DNA of 64,000 bases, taken from the NCBI RefSeq assembly GCF_009914755.1, contig NC_060934.1. One strand, given 5' to 3'. The position numbers and the translations under genes were made by a program. Origin of the DNA: the human T2T-CHM13v2.0 reference genome, Homo sapiens. Below the pieces are notes generated by a model, which was given only the letters and a program-made list of their open reading frames with translations, was not told the origin of the DNA and ran no database searches. Positions 42,403 through 57,207 of the stretch are shown one piece after another. Numbering within the stretch: position 1 is the stretch's first letter; every line of letters begins with the position of its first letter.

Positions 42403-44588
42403 GGTGTCTTGTTTTTTCAAATGAGCAGCCACAATGCGGACCTACCGAACTGGCGGGCTTCATTCACCCCCATTTGACAGGAATTTAGGGGTATATGTGG
42501 CTCTATTTTAAACATGCTATTTCCCCAATTCCCTCTTTTCCCCCAGTGCTTTGTTTCCAATATCTGTGGAGGCGAATGTTTGAACCTGGGCCTCGGGAAG
42601 CAGCCTGGGACTGCAGGAAGAAATCCAAGTCAAGAGAAAGCTCATTGTAGAATAATTTGGAGGTTAGCGTGCAACATTCCTGGGAAAGCCAGTGCCACGA
42701 GGCGAGGGGAAGCGGACCCCATTTCCTTGGGGTGGAGCAGAGCAGGACCTGGCGGTCATCAGCTGAGAGGAAGGAGGAAGTGTACAGCCTAAAATATCTT
42801 TGCAAAATCAAAAATCCTCTCTCAAGCCAATGCTAGGATCCTAATAATCAATTCTCCTCTTCTAGACTCTCATATTATCTTTGTTTTAATTTTCTAGTTT
42901 TAGCTAAATGTTATTTCTATTCCTATAATGTATCCTGTTTATAGTATATACTATATCCTGCTTACTGCTGACCATACTACAGTAATACATACTACTTATA
43001 GTGATAAAACAATTATCGCCATTATTACTTTAAGATTGCAAATCTATTTATTGTGGTGAAATATACATACCATAAATGTATCCTTTTAATCGTTAAGTGT
43101 ACAGTTGTTTGACATTAAGCATATTCATATTGTGCAACCTGCATCTTTATAAGAAAATGCAACCTACATAAAAGTATTTAAGCACTCAGGTGTATACCCC
43201 TGTGAAAGTTAGTGGGGGAAAGAGGTAACATAAGACTCTACTTCCCCAGGAATACTGAATCTGCACACAATAAAAGTTTAATAATATAAGTAAAATGCTT
43301 ACAACCCCGTTAGCTCAAGATTTTACTAATTTAGCTCTTAAAGTTCTGCTTTTCAGGAACATCCTTAGTCTCGGGCAATTTGGGATGTTCGGTTTTTTTC
43401 CTTACAATGTTCCAGCCCTGCGCTTAGGATGTCACATGCTTTAGTTGGTGTAACTGTCACCACAATCTTCTTTTCACCAACAAAGGAGCTGAAGGTTAGC
43501 AGATTAAGTAATTTGGTCAAATATCAGAAATGAGGGGGAGCCAGAATTTAATGCCAAAAATCTGACTTCAGAACCCAAACTCTTGACTATACTAAACCTA
43601 AATTATTACAGAAGAAATGACAAAACAGTGTGAGATTAATTTCAAAATAACCACTGTGAATTCAGAAAAGTGTAAGAGTACTATGGCATGTTGAGCAGAG
43701 AAGATTCTAGGAGTAAGAAGACTGGATCTGAAGTTTGAAAAGGAGGCGGTCAACCCTTCCTGCTTGGGGCAGTAGAAGTGAGAAAGAGGGAAAGGTAAAG
43801 AAAAATGAGTTTAAATGCACAGGATATGTGCCAGCCAGGCTTGTTAGGCTCATAGAGGTTACTCTATTTGTCATTAATTTGTGTGTATATGTGTGGTAAA
43901 CATCCAACCAGAAGTTTATGTGTATGTGGTTGATGAGGTATGCTAAAACATCTCTGGAAGAAATTGTAGAGGCAGAAATTCACCCACTTTTGGAAAAGCA
44001 AACTCAAATAAAGTAGCATCATTTCTGAAGCAATGACTTTTAGATTTATTGTAAGAGTCATTTTAGCATCTGACAAGTCTCTGGGGAGAGAGAGTGTGCG
44101 TGTGCAATGTGTGTGTGTGTGTGTATGTCAGATTAATTTTTCTTTTTCCCATTGCCAATACCAACCTATTTTATCCAGGGCAAATATTTAGTCGCCTTAT
44201 CTTGTATGATAAATTTCAAGCCTATGTTCAATATCACGTCTCCTAATGTGACTTCAACCACATTCCCACTGAGTGACAACAGCTGCATAGTGATGGCACC
44301 TAACAATCTTCAAAGTCACTGTGTACAACGCTGCCTGAAAAAGATCTCCCACCATCAGTATTAGAATAAGCAATGCTGTCACCAATATATGAAAGATTTA
44401 GTTGAAAATACAATTAATTCCATGAGATTTTTAACCATTTTCTTCCCCAAATATAAATAACCAGGTTTATAATATTCCTTAAATATTAATGGATTAAAGA
44501 TTCTTTATTGCCTGTGAACTGCAAAAGGAAACATACATACTTTGTACTTTTTAAACTACATATGCAGACATTACATTTCAGCACTTCA

Positions 44589-44941
<353 letters not shown>

Positions 44942-46367
44942 CTTCTCTAAAATATTATCTTGGGGACTCTGCAGTTCCTAAATATTGAAAAAACACACAA
45001 CATTAGTTGTATTTTTAATTTTCCACCAGTTAAACTTAATTAGCCTCACAAACCAAGAAAATCAGTACATTTTGATTTTGAAGCCAACTGCTTTTTCTCT
45101 AGAAAAAATTAGTCTGCAAATGTTCTGACAGAACTGAGCTAAACCATAATATGGTTTAAATACAACTAGATAGCTTTAGATTTTAGAATTTCTGCTATTT
45201 TACTTCAGAATAATCTAGCCCATTTACTTCTACATTTAGATTCGAATTGCCACTTCCATTTTTTTCCCTCAGATTTGTTTCTCATTTTATCTCTCTTAGG
45301 ATAAACTCTGCAAGTTGTAACTATAATTCAAACCACAAATATAAGCAGGATTGTCGGTGAGGGAAAAGAAAATAATTTCTTCCCCAAATTATAGAGTCTT
45401 TAATAATTATTCTCATGGCACAAAATCCATATGGTATATGTCTGTGTGCACATGAACACGTGTGAGCTATCCCCCAAAACAAGACAGAAAGAAAAGAAAG
45501 GAATGTACAGTGCAGACACATATGTAGCTTCCTGATAAGAACTACGTAATTCTGGGCAGTTCTTCGATAAGGGGAAAGCAATTCAGAACATACAACTGGC
45601 AGGTAGACAGAGATGCTATTTCCACTCATGTATCCCTATCACCAAGACTAGCTTGTAGATGCAAATTATGCCATGACTGAAGAGTCAGCTAACAGCAAAT
45701 CCCAATTTTCCTCAGTGAATACTACTGTCCATGTTGTATAAATCAATATTTAATATGAAGATTCATTACTCGAGTACAATGAAAGAAATTGTCATTATTC
45801 CACTGCAGAGGATATTCTAGAAATATGTATTGGATCAATGCATGTAACATTTTTTAAAGACTTAAAATGGCATTGCCTTTGGTTTTTCTTGAACTAATGT
45901 ATTCTAATACTGACCCTTAGACAATACCATCAATCCATAAGGAGTTCTGATACGTAGTTTTACACTAGACATCCTAAGTGACAAGCCACACTAAATATCA
46001 TAAATAGACATATCTTGGTGCTGATTAAATTGCTGAATGGGCACATATATATTTTCCAACAAATAGACATATATAAAACTGACTCGATGTGTCCCCAACA
46101 TGATCTCAAGATACAGAAATACGAGAAAGTAAATGTGAATGATTGTCTGCGTCTCAGAGGGCCCAAATTCTCTATGTGGGTCTGAACAAACAGGCAGGTA
46201 TGAAGATTCCCTGCCAGGTAGGGAGGTCAACAGGTTGACTGCACACAATCGTAAGGATAGTTAGACAGGAGCAAGGTAAGAACTTGACAGACAGAACAGT
46301 AGACAAGTTTAACACACATGGGTCAGGTATGGCACAAGAATAAGATCAAGGACCAGAATGAAAAATA

Positions 46368-46673
46368 TAGACATGGTGGTTCCATGCCTGTAATCCCAGC
46401 AACTCAGGAGGCTGAGATGGGAGAATTACTTGAGGCCAGGAGTTCAAAACCAGCCTGGGCAACAGAGCAAGAACCATCTCCGCAAAAAAACAAAAAAATA
46501 CTCACCAGGCATGGTGGAGGATGCCTGTCCTCCCAGTGATTCCAGAGGCTGAGGCAGGAGGATCCTTTGACCTCAGGAGTTAGAGGTGCAGTGAGCTAGG
46601 ATTGTGCCCCTGCACTCCAGCCCCTAGATGACAGAGCAAGACCCTGTTTCTAATTACAAAAAAAAAAAAAAAA
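46368..46673 (+). mobile_element. AluJ
   Basis: Diverged dimeric Alu. Confidence 0.92.
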
Positions 46674-47688
46674 TGTAGCATGGGCATATCAGAAATACTA
46701 GGGGGAAAGATCAGGCAGTAATAAGTAGCAAATCTCGCCACAAGGGATAAAGTACATGACAAAGAGCCAGGGCCACAGATAACGGGCAAGCAAAATGCAG
46801 AAAATTCATACACTATTTCCCCACTGTATTATTTCCAGCACGTGGAAATATTAAAGAGTTCCTCTAAAGTCAGGAACCAATCCCCACAACCTACACGCCT
46901 AGGGCTTAATGTGGGGCACCTGGCTGAAATGGAAAGTGGGAGAAAAGCAGGGAAATTTGTGACTGTGGAGATCACATTATGACTCTACTGTTTTGCACAT
47001 GAGACAGACAGGTAAGTATGCATATCTGTTCAGTCTATGATCCAACTTGGATATTGATTTTAATCTATATAAATCAAAAACAACTATTTTCATTTCATTT
47101 GCTAATGTTCAACCATCCGATAAGCAGGAATATTTATTTTCTCCTTTACATGCATGTCACTTTACAGTTTATGAAGCTCTTCCCGAAAAGCTTTCTCATT
47201 TGACACACATGCTAGAGCCACATTTATGTTCTTCCTGAAGATCAAAACTTCTCTTTCTCCAAATCAACTCAGCCTCACAGGAAATGTATTTTTAATGTTG
47301 TATTGTTTCTAGTTTAAGTGTCAGATGTTTCTCCTTCACACACATACGGAACCCTTTGACTGAATCTTGGCACATCGATGAAAGACACATGTGCATTCTA
47401 GAACAAGTGCTATTCATTAGTATTTGATCCTTTCCCCAACTTCACACTCAGAAAAGAAAACGTATGACATTTCTTTCATTCCATTTCTATTGAGACTAGG
47501 AATACAAGTTTCGCTGCCCGAAACTTTTTCTTAGGGACGTAACAGAATGAACGAATACTTGCGAACAATGTACAATGTGTTTTTTTCACAGGCTAGATGT
47601 ACAGACTAGATGGTAAAATATAATCATATGATAGCCTACACATTGGAATTTACATTATAAAGAAATAATTCATTTTTCTAATGATTAG

Positions 47689-47991
<303 letters not shown>

Positions 47992-48355
47992 TCATCACAG
48001 ACATTTAGTATTTCAATCATCAATTCTTCATATCTTCCTAAACTTAAATGAAGATAGCACTTTTTTGGACAAATGTAAACACAACAGCATTTTTGGGACA
48101 AATTTAAACCAACTTTTCAAATTCAGTTTGCAAATAACACTCAAATATAGTTGGGAAGTACAACTGAAATTCTGAAATTCTCTTGCTGAATGCACATTCT
48201 TTACAGAAGTCAGGCTAGCAAGGAGTTGGATTGGGGAGTGATCTTGAAGGGTCACCAATCAGTAGTCAGAAAACCGAAGCAGTGGCTAAAATAGAAACAC
48301 CAGCAAGTTTATTTTAAATGAAGATACATAGTTCTAAATCAGGAGTGTATTTTCT

Positions 48356-49159
48356 TCTTCTTAAATAAAGCTCATGTATATTTGAAGTTTACAACATGAT
48401 GGTATGGGATACATATACGTGGTAAAATGGTTACTATAGTGAAGCAAATTATCATACCTACCATCTGGCACGTGTGTGTGTGTGTGTGTGTGTGTGAGAC
48501 GGAGAAAGAGAGAGCGCACGCGTGTGAGAGAGCGAGCAAAGGGCAGCTACAATCTACTTAACAAAAATCTCTAACATAATTTTATTAACTACAGTCCACA
48601 TGCTATATGTTACATCTCTAGATGTGTTTATCTTACATATCTGCTACTTTGTATCATTTGAGTTACAACTCCCCATCCCCCCACCCCATCGTAACCATTG
48701 TTTTATTTTCTATCTCTGTAAATTTGACCTTTCTTTTTCAGATTCCACATATAAGTGGGATCATGCAATATTTTTCTTTCTATGTCTGGCTTATTTCACT
48801 TAGTATAATGTCCTCTAGTTCCACCCATATTATGGCAAATGGCAGGGTCTCCTTTTTAAAGGCTAAACAATATTCCATTGTATGTGTATATATACACATT
48901 TTCTTTACCCATTCATCCTTTGATGGGCATTTAAGTTGTTTCCATATCTTGGCTATTACGATAAAAATGCAATGAACATGGGAGTACAGATATATTTACA
49001 GGGTGGTGGTTTCATCTACTTTGGGTTGGGTATATACCAGAAGAGGAACTGCTGAGTTGTATGGTAGTTCTATTTTAATTTCTTTAGGAACTTCCATACT
49101 GTTTTCCACAACGGCTCTACCAATCTACATTCCCACTGTGTGCTAAAGTTTCCTTTTCT
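48356..49159 (-). mobile_element. 5'-truncated L1MA with internal (TG)n
   Basis: L1MA 3' UTR pattern; 15 bp TSD aggagtgtattttct at 48341-48355 and 49160-49174. Confidence 0.9.
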
Positions 49160-49534
49160 AGGAGTGTATTTTCTAATAGGTTTTTCTGGTTATCTAATTT
49201 CAGTGTTTCTGCTCTTCTGCATAAACGACAAATGCTCACAATAAGAGAGGTTGCGATATTTGAAAAAAAAAATCTACCAATACTATTTCTACATCATTAA
49301 TCCCTCTAGCGGACCACTGAGAAGGTCTCTTGATGCCTGAGGAGTCAATTTCTTGGTAAAAATCTAAACAACGCAATGCAGACCAGATTCTTAGAAAAGC
49401 TCCAGGAATGGATTAAACCTCCAAGGAAGAGACTCCACTCACCTACAAGTGTAGGTCACTGGTCCTCTAAATAGCGTTTAAGTCTCCTACAGGATAAAAT
49501 CCAAGGAAAGTGTGCTGGGACCATGTTCCCTTGA

Positions 49535-50059
<525 letters not shown>

Positions 50060-51689
50060 TAACCCTATGCAATACTTCATCACAATGCTTTCCTGAGCAC
50101 AATGGTTTTATGCAACTGGTTCACCTAACAGAATGTGAGCTCTCTAAAAACAGTACCCGTTTCTTTTATTTTTGTGTTCCCAGTATCTCACACATACAAG
50201 AGATACTAGATAAATGTTTGATGACTGAGCAGATGGAGTTATGGGTACCAGTAAAACACCAGGGCAATTGGCCGCACAGTTGATGCACTGCCCTCTTGAT
50301 ATATGCTATGAACAATAAACTGAGAGTTCCAGAATGTACTGAAGCATCTCTTGCAACTCTTGAATACGTATTACATGGGATGAAACGCCGGAAGCATAGC
50401 CTGGCTAGGGTGGGTTAAACTGCTACAAAATTCAGAAACTTACTTTCAGTCAGTTAAGGTAGGGCTAGGCCATCCCCATAAGACTCTCTCACAGCAAAAT
50501 GGGAAAGGCCACGAGGTTGGAAAGCTGAAAATATTTATTTTGAAAAGTGCATCTGTTTTTCATTCCCCATCACACTCCCATATCCTTTTACGTTTTCCGG
50601 AGGAAAACAGAAACACATAGCATACCTGAAGCAAAACTGAATACAAGTTCAAATCAAGGCAGGTAAACACCAGGTGAGATTGCAAGCACATACGAATACT
50701 TTCAATACCAGAAAACTGCAAGTTAAGGAAAACCAAAGAAACACAAAGTAATACCGGGAAGCAGATACACATTGCAGGCAATGAACTAGAGGCAAACACA
50801 AAGATCAAAGGAAACCTCACAGTGAAATAAGCTGAAATCATCAGGATCCTTTTCACCAAAGGAGCTGTGTGTCAAATAAAATATAAGTTAAGCGAATCTA
50901 ATACCAAAAGGCAGTAAAGATAATTTCAAGTAATACTATTCATGAATCAAAACAAAATTGGGTAGAGGTTAAATAAAAGCCTCTGTTCTTAAATCAAAGT
51001 AACACAGTAGAGATGTAAAATGCAAACCCTTTGGTAACTTAATACATTGAAAAGTAGATTGACAAGTAAAGAAAGTCCAAAATAATCACATAGGAAAATG
51101 AAAATACTGAACAATCAAAGTAAGATGGGAAAATATCATGGAAAACACATAACCAAAATGATGATGAAAACTTAAAGGAGAAGGCTTATCTGTTAATGCT
51201 CATGAAAACCAAATGTGAACGATGAAAACCTTGTACTTTTGCCTTAACGAAATGAGTTGATTGTTCAACCCTTTGTCCTAACAATCAGAACTTACTCGAA
51301 AGAAGGAACGAAAACTGTGACTCTCATAACTGCCCAAGTACTTCATTCATAAAGTAAAACAGACCACTTTCAGAACATAAACACATTCTTACACATAGAA
51401 AGAAAAGAAAGAAAAAAAGTTTATTTAGGGCACTTAGCTGAGGAAATGTAAAATATCTGCTTCTTGTTCTGCGCCATTCTTATGACAGATGCAAAATTTA
51501 AGCCTAATAAGGTTAAATGACCCCTTTGATAACCCGGACCAAGTCGTGAGAGCACTGGGACTTAAGTCCAATGTCTCGTCCTCCAGTTCAGGGTTCCGGC
51601 CACCGCAGGACACCACTGCCACACACCCCACCTCGACCACAAGCAGGCAACCAAATATTAAAGGACGTCTTTCTGGGACATAATACATT

Positions 51690-51962
51690 TTATCATGTAA
51701 ATTACAGCTAGACAGGAGAAATAAATTCTAGTGTTCTATACCACTGTAGGATGACTATAGTTAGCAAGAATATATTATACAGTTTCAAATAGCTAGAAGG
51801 ATGTTTAATGTTCCCAATACAAAGAAATGATAAATGTTCAAGATGATGAATATGCTAATTACCATGTTCTGATCACTATATGGTGTATATATCGAAACAT
51901 CCCTTGGTACCTCATGCATATGTATAATTATTATTTATCCACTGAAACATTAAAAAAGAAAA
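51690..51962 (+). mobile_element. L1MA 3' end fragment
   Basis: acagctagacaggagaaataaattctagtgttcta..caaagaaatgataaatgtt. Confidence 0.85.
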
Positions 51963-52359
51963 ATCAATCCTTAAAATAGTCCATTATAGCAGTGGTACTC
52001 AGAAGATGATCTTGAACCAAAAAATTTTAACTACATTTTGTTTTTAAAAGTAAATAAATTTAAAAGAATCAACAACATCCAGAAGAAAAATAGCGTTTCT
52101 AAATATTTATAAACATTTCTTCATCTTACCCCTAACTAGTATTGTTATAAAATTCTTTTCAATTTCTAGGATAGAATTTAAACAAATGCATATGATTGAC
52201 TGTTACTGTTAAAAGCACTAACGATTTTCATCACTCCACTTTTTATAGAGTCAATCAGCACCTTCTCACCAGAGCCCAGCAGAGCACACATTTCAAAGGG
52301 GACCCTAAATTTCAAAGCCACTGAGAAATCATGGAGACTTCTTTCCTTCTGTACGAAAA

Positions 52360-52392
<33 letters not shown>

Positions 52393-52579
52393 TACTGGGA
52401 ATGTTTTCACTTTAGAGTATTTTTTCAGCTATGCTTTAATGTCATTGAAACATATCAAAACATCATAAAAATGTAAGAATCTTCTTGAAAGCCTTCCCCA
52501 AGAGAATTTTATTTTATAAAAATAATTATACTTATATATATTTATGCATGTGGTCCTTGTTTTTAAAATATTCATTTGG

Positions 52580-53845
52580 CCATTTTATTCCCTCTCCAAA
52601 TAGTTGCTGAATGCCTATTCTAAGAGCTAGAGATACAACAGTCAACAAAACAGCCAGTACCTCTGATCTTGTTGGGCATGCAGAGAGAGACAAATAAATA
52701 AATCAATATATAATATCTGAAGTGGTACCAGGTGCTATGAAGGAAAAAATTCAGAGAAAAGGGACAGATAGTCAGGAAAGGGGTGCTATTTTATCTCTAG
52801 TAGTTAGAGAGGGTACCATCTGAGCACTGGACATTCAATTCAAAATATGTACTCATTAGCGCACTTCAAGCAGTAGCCCAAACAATTCCATACAAAGTTC
52901 CCCTAGCAATCATCCTCCTGTTAGTTTTCTTGATAAGTGGATCATTTGCTTTATCAACCCTCATCACTACACAAAGGTTCACATGACTAACCCTACCATT
53001 ATGGCCTCTAGCTGTAACATGATTTATTTCAACATTAGCAGAAACTAACCAAGCACCGTTCCACTTAAGAGAGGGTGAATCAGAATTAATCTTGGGCTCC
53101 AATGCTGAATATGCTGCAGGCCCACTGAAACATAAAGAAAAATGGCACTTAGCTAAGCAAATATCTGGGGTGGCAGAAGTATTCCAGGCTGGGGGAACAG
53201 TGTGTGCAAAAGCCCTAGGGGGAAGCATTCTTGGAAAGTTTGAGTAAAGCAAGGGGACCAGAAATGGTGAGAGTGGACAGATATACTTGGAATGGCAGAA
53301 AATTAGTTCAGAGCAGTGACCGGGGCCCAAGATCAGATATGGGTCTTGTACGCAATGATGAAAATTTGGGTTATATTCAGAATAAAATGATAGAAGAGTG
53401 ACATGATGTCACCAGGGTTTCAAGAAGATCATTCCAGATGTCAGGTGGAGAACAGATCAGAGCAGGAGGTGGGTGGAAGATGGTGTGGCCAGAGCAGAAG
53501 CAGGCAAACCAGTCAGGAGGCAACTATCATTGTCCAAATGAGAGATGACAGTGGCTGACATAAGGGTAGCAACAATGGAGGTAGGGCCAAGCACTCAGAT
53601 TCTGGATATTTTTGTCATGGTCCAGCTGACAAGATTTGCCAATGAACTAGACATGGGGTATGAGTGAAAGACAAGCGTCAGGGATGACTCCAAAGGGTTT
53701 AAGTAGCTGGAAAGTTGTAGTTGTCACTTAGCAAACTGGGAAGCTCAGAAAGGAGATTTCTGCAGGGAAGGGGGAAGCAGAGAGGTGGTATTGAACTTAT
53801 AAGGTTTGATATATGTCACTAATCATTTGAATACTGACATCAGGT
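52580..53845 (-). mobile_element. L2 (L2a-like), interrupted by NUMT
   Basis: Purine-rich antisense L2 pattern (attccaggc..aacagtgtgtgcaaaagccct; gtccaaatgagagatgacagtggc). Confidence 0.8.
52828..53124 (+). pseudogene. NUMT: fragment of mitochondrial ND1
   Basis: Mito-code translation [97 protein letters not shown] aligns without gaps to recalled ND1 [31 protein letters not shown]...[30 protein letters not shown]. Confidence 0.95.
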
Positions 53846-54117
53846 GCCAATTGGTAGAATGTGCTTTGCTTCACTTAAATTAAATTAGCATATTCCAATG
53901 TATCCTAAAATCTTTTCAAATTCATATGGCTCTTTTGTGGGCACATGTCACTTGTGTTTATGTTATACAACTTATTGGTACATCTTGACTTTTGCTTCAT
54001 ACCCCAATATCTATTTTTTAAAATAGGCAATGTCCCTAAAGACAGAGCATCTTGGCCTCAAAACAGAGGACTGAGAACAACAGAAATTTATAAATGACCC
54101 CAAAGAGTCAACTTTTT

Positions 54118-54414
54118 GGCCAGGCACAGTGGCTCATGTCTGTAATCCTGGCATTTTGGGAGGCGGAGGCAAGTGGAGCACTTGAGATCTGGAGTTCAAG
54201 ACCAGCCTGGCCAACACGGTGAAACCCCATCTCTACTAAAAATACAAAAATTAGCCAAGTGTGGTGGCGTGCACCTGTAATCCCAGCTACTCAGGAGGCT
54301 GACGCAGGAGAACCGTTTGAACCTGGGAGGCAGAGGTTGCAGTGAGCCAAGATCACGTTACTGCACTCCAGGCTGAGTGACACAGCGAGACTCCGTCTCA
54401 AAAAAAAAAAAAAA
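54118..54414 (+). mobile_element. AluS
   Basis: TSD agtcaacttttt. Confidence 0.95.
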
Positions 54415-54949
54415 GTCAACTTTTTCTTACAAGGCATTATTTGAGTCACTGAGTCATCGCTGCTGTCCAAAATCTCCCTCCATCTTTGAAGAAGTATGAA
54501 ATTCCTCCTTTAAAAAAAAATATGATTATTCCCTCTTACCCATCCATGTGTTACTCAAATTCTAGTATAAATGCAAGAATATTTGCCTATACCTTCTTCC
54601 AATGAGACATTTTCTCATTCAATTTGGCTTAGGATAGGGTCCTCTTGCTAGAAATAATTAGAAAAGAGAAGGAATGTGGGCTTAAGAAAAAGAGGTGATT
54701 AACTAACAGCAGCAGGTTTTTACAGCCTTGGAGGAGAGAATGCAAAGAGACAAGTGACGTGGGCATGGTCTGCTGCTGCAGAGGGAGTAGAGGCATCCAA
54801 GCAGAGGCCCTCCGAATTCCTGATCTCTACACAGATTCATTTAGGACCTAAATCATAGACTTGGATGGATGATTTCCAAACTGACCTCGGGTGCGGCCTC
54901 CTCTTCTAAACTCTAATTGTGTGTGTGATGCTTCCATTTGAACATCTCA

Positions 54950-55338
54950 ATGTTCTGCCCTATCCAATGCATGCGTCTGTCCTATCAGAAACATTTTTCT
55001 CCCAAAGCCCCACAGCCTCGTTAACGTCCATCAGCATTCACATCTCTACTCAAATATCCCCTCCCCAAGGAAGGTTTCCCTGACATCAAGGCCAGATGCA
55101 GCTGCGCTGTTATTGTAGCCCTCATTCCACCCCGTCACAGGCCTGATTCTGCTCTTCATTATGTATTACTTGTTTAAGTGTCTGCTAAATGTCAAGGTCC
55201 CCCCACCAGCCTCTAAGCCCCTTACAGCGGATGCATGTTTCTTTTGCTCACTGCTGTGTGCATTGCCAGATCTAAGCTCTTGGCCAGTGCACAAACAGCA
55301 CTCAGTAAACATTTGGTGACTAAATGAATGAATGATGG
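54950..55338 (+). mobile_element. L2 3' fragment
   Basis: Ends cactcagtaaacatttggtgactaaatgaatgaatga. Confidence 0.7.
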
Positions 55339-55591
55339 ACTGAGGAGGATAGACATGAAGTAAAGGGTCATTCTTGAAACAAAGACTCTCTGGTACATTG
55401 CCTTTGGGAGAGACATCAATTCCAGTATGCTGAACTGAGTAACATTAAATAAGGTTGATCAACATTAGTTCTTGTATTTGCTTTGGGTTTTATTTATCTC
55501 TTTAAATATCAATATTATTCTGCATCTACAGAACCAGGAAGGACACTGAGGGCATAAATCAGTGACCCCACGTCCAAAAAAAGTAATCAGA

Positions 55592-55878
55592 GGTCAGGTA
55601 CAGTGGCTCACGCCTCTGATCCCCGCACTTGGGAGGCTGAGGTGGGTGGATCACTTGAGGTCAGGAGTTCCAGACCAGCATGGACAACATTGCGAGACCC
55701 CCGTCTCTATAAAAAATACAAAAATTAGCTAGGTGTGGTGGCACACACCTGTAGACCCACCTACTCAGGCGGCTGAGGCACAAGAATCACTTGAACCCAG
55801 GAGGTGAAGGCTGCAGTGAGCTGAGATTGTGCCACTGCACTCCAGCCTGGGCAACAGAGCAAGACTCTATCAAAAAAG
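55592..55878 (+). mobile_element. Alu (S/J)
   Basis: TSD aaaaaagtaatcaga. Confidence 0.95.
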
Positions 55879-57057
55879 TAATCAGAAGTTACTGAACCCT
55901 TCATTAGCAATTCAGACAGACACAAAAAGGGGAGATTTTCTCATGTATTTTTACCCACAATAAAACAACCAGTTTATAATGATTTCATTAGTTACACAAA
56001 AAGGAGACCTTTAATAAATTTCTACCAAAATAAGGTCAGTCCAGTTTTACAATTCAAGATGTATAGAATATAATAAATTTTATTCCCATTAGTGTTTCAC
56101 TGTAATGAGTGCAGAAAAACTAATTACACAATTATACAATCTTTCGCAGCTTGGTCATTTCCTCAGTCACATTACTTTTTACCCACCAAGGTGTTAAGTT
56201 GCTCAACCTCAAAATTTCCTACCTTTGGGATTTCAACAATATGGCCTTTGAGTTGAAAGGGAAATTCAGTATTGCTTTTGTTCTCATATGCTTCAGTCCT
56301 TTCCCCCTCCTTGCTGTACTAAAATATAACTGCAATGAGGTGAGGAAACATTTTAGTCTTAACCTTTAAAAACAGATTTATAAGTAAAATTAGTTTAATA
56401 CCCTAAAGAAATTCATTGAAGTTCTAGGCTTAATCCATCAGCCTGGATACAGAAAACAGAAGATACAGGAAAAGAGTGGGTATATAAAATAGTGACAAGA
56501 TTATTAACAATCAATAGTATTTCTCATTTAAAAAAAAAAAAAAACCCTCTCGTATCCCAAGTATTATGCCCAATTTCTTTTGGCAAGGTCTAACTCTGTC
56601 TGCAAGTTTATATTAATATTTAAAATATACACATTCATTATAACCTCTGAGGTACCCCAATATTACTGTAAGATTGATTTTTTTCCTTAATGGAAATCAT
56701 ATAAAAACTATGCAGAACTCAAGTTTCTCCTATGACTGTGTAGTGTGTATATTTATCACATATAACTCCTGTGAAACAGACTCAAGCAGCAAGTCTCAAG
56801 ACCCTTTTGTCATTACAAATCCATTGCTGCGATAATAGTGAAGTAAGACGGGGGGAAAATAACATGCAAAAATGCAAATTAGTAGGGTTTTTTCTTTAAA
56901 AAAAAAAAAAGACTATTAACTTTCTGAACTTAATTTTAAATTCTCAAATACAGCCAGGATAGATGTTCATGCAAAAGTGAAAAGAATTTTAAAGACACTC
57001 TTGTGACACACTTAAAAAATGAATCGATTTTCTTTGTAAGCAGTGAATGTTTGATAC

Positions 57058-57207
57058 CTCCTTCATCAGACGGTCTTGTTACCTCACTGCAGCATGAAAA
57101 GCTAGGGTAAATCTCGGAGATTTCTGACCTGTCGTCTCCGAGACCTGTACCGAAAGTACTGCTGGAATGGGATCGAGACCAGTGTCGCCTATAGTGACTC
57201 GCCTTTT
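57058..57207 (-). CDS. NEBL: NEBL coding exon (approx. exon 26), serine-rich linker (E)KASHYRRHWSRSHSSSTFGTGLGDDRSEISEIYPSFSCCSEVTRPSDEG
   Basis: 150 nt, phase 1-1, acceptor ATATAG|, donor G|GTATCA; lies within ORF 56936..57268. Confidence 0.93.

Noticed and set aside
42480-42800. GC-rich intronic patch with TEAD/STAT-like words
   Set aside because: Motifs are short and degenerate, and the MEF2-like word fails the consensus
47009-47017. Perfect plus-strand donor CAGGTAAGT suggesting an antisense exon
   Set aside because: About one such 9-mer is expected by chance in this window; no convincing paired acceptor
52866-53330. 154 aa minus-strand ORF
   Set aside because: Antisense of the NUMT plus L2; no splice or coding support
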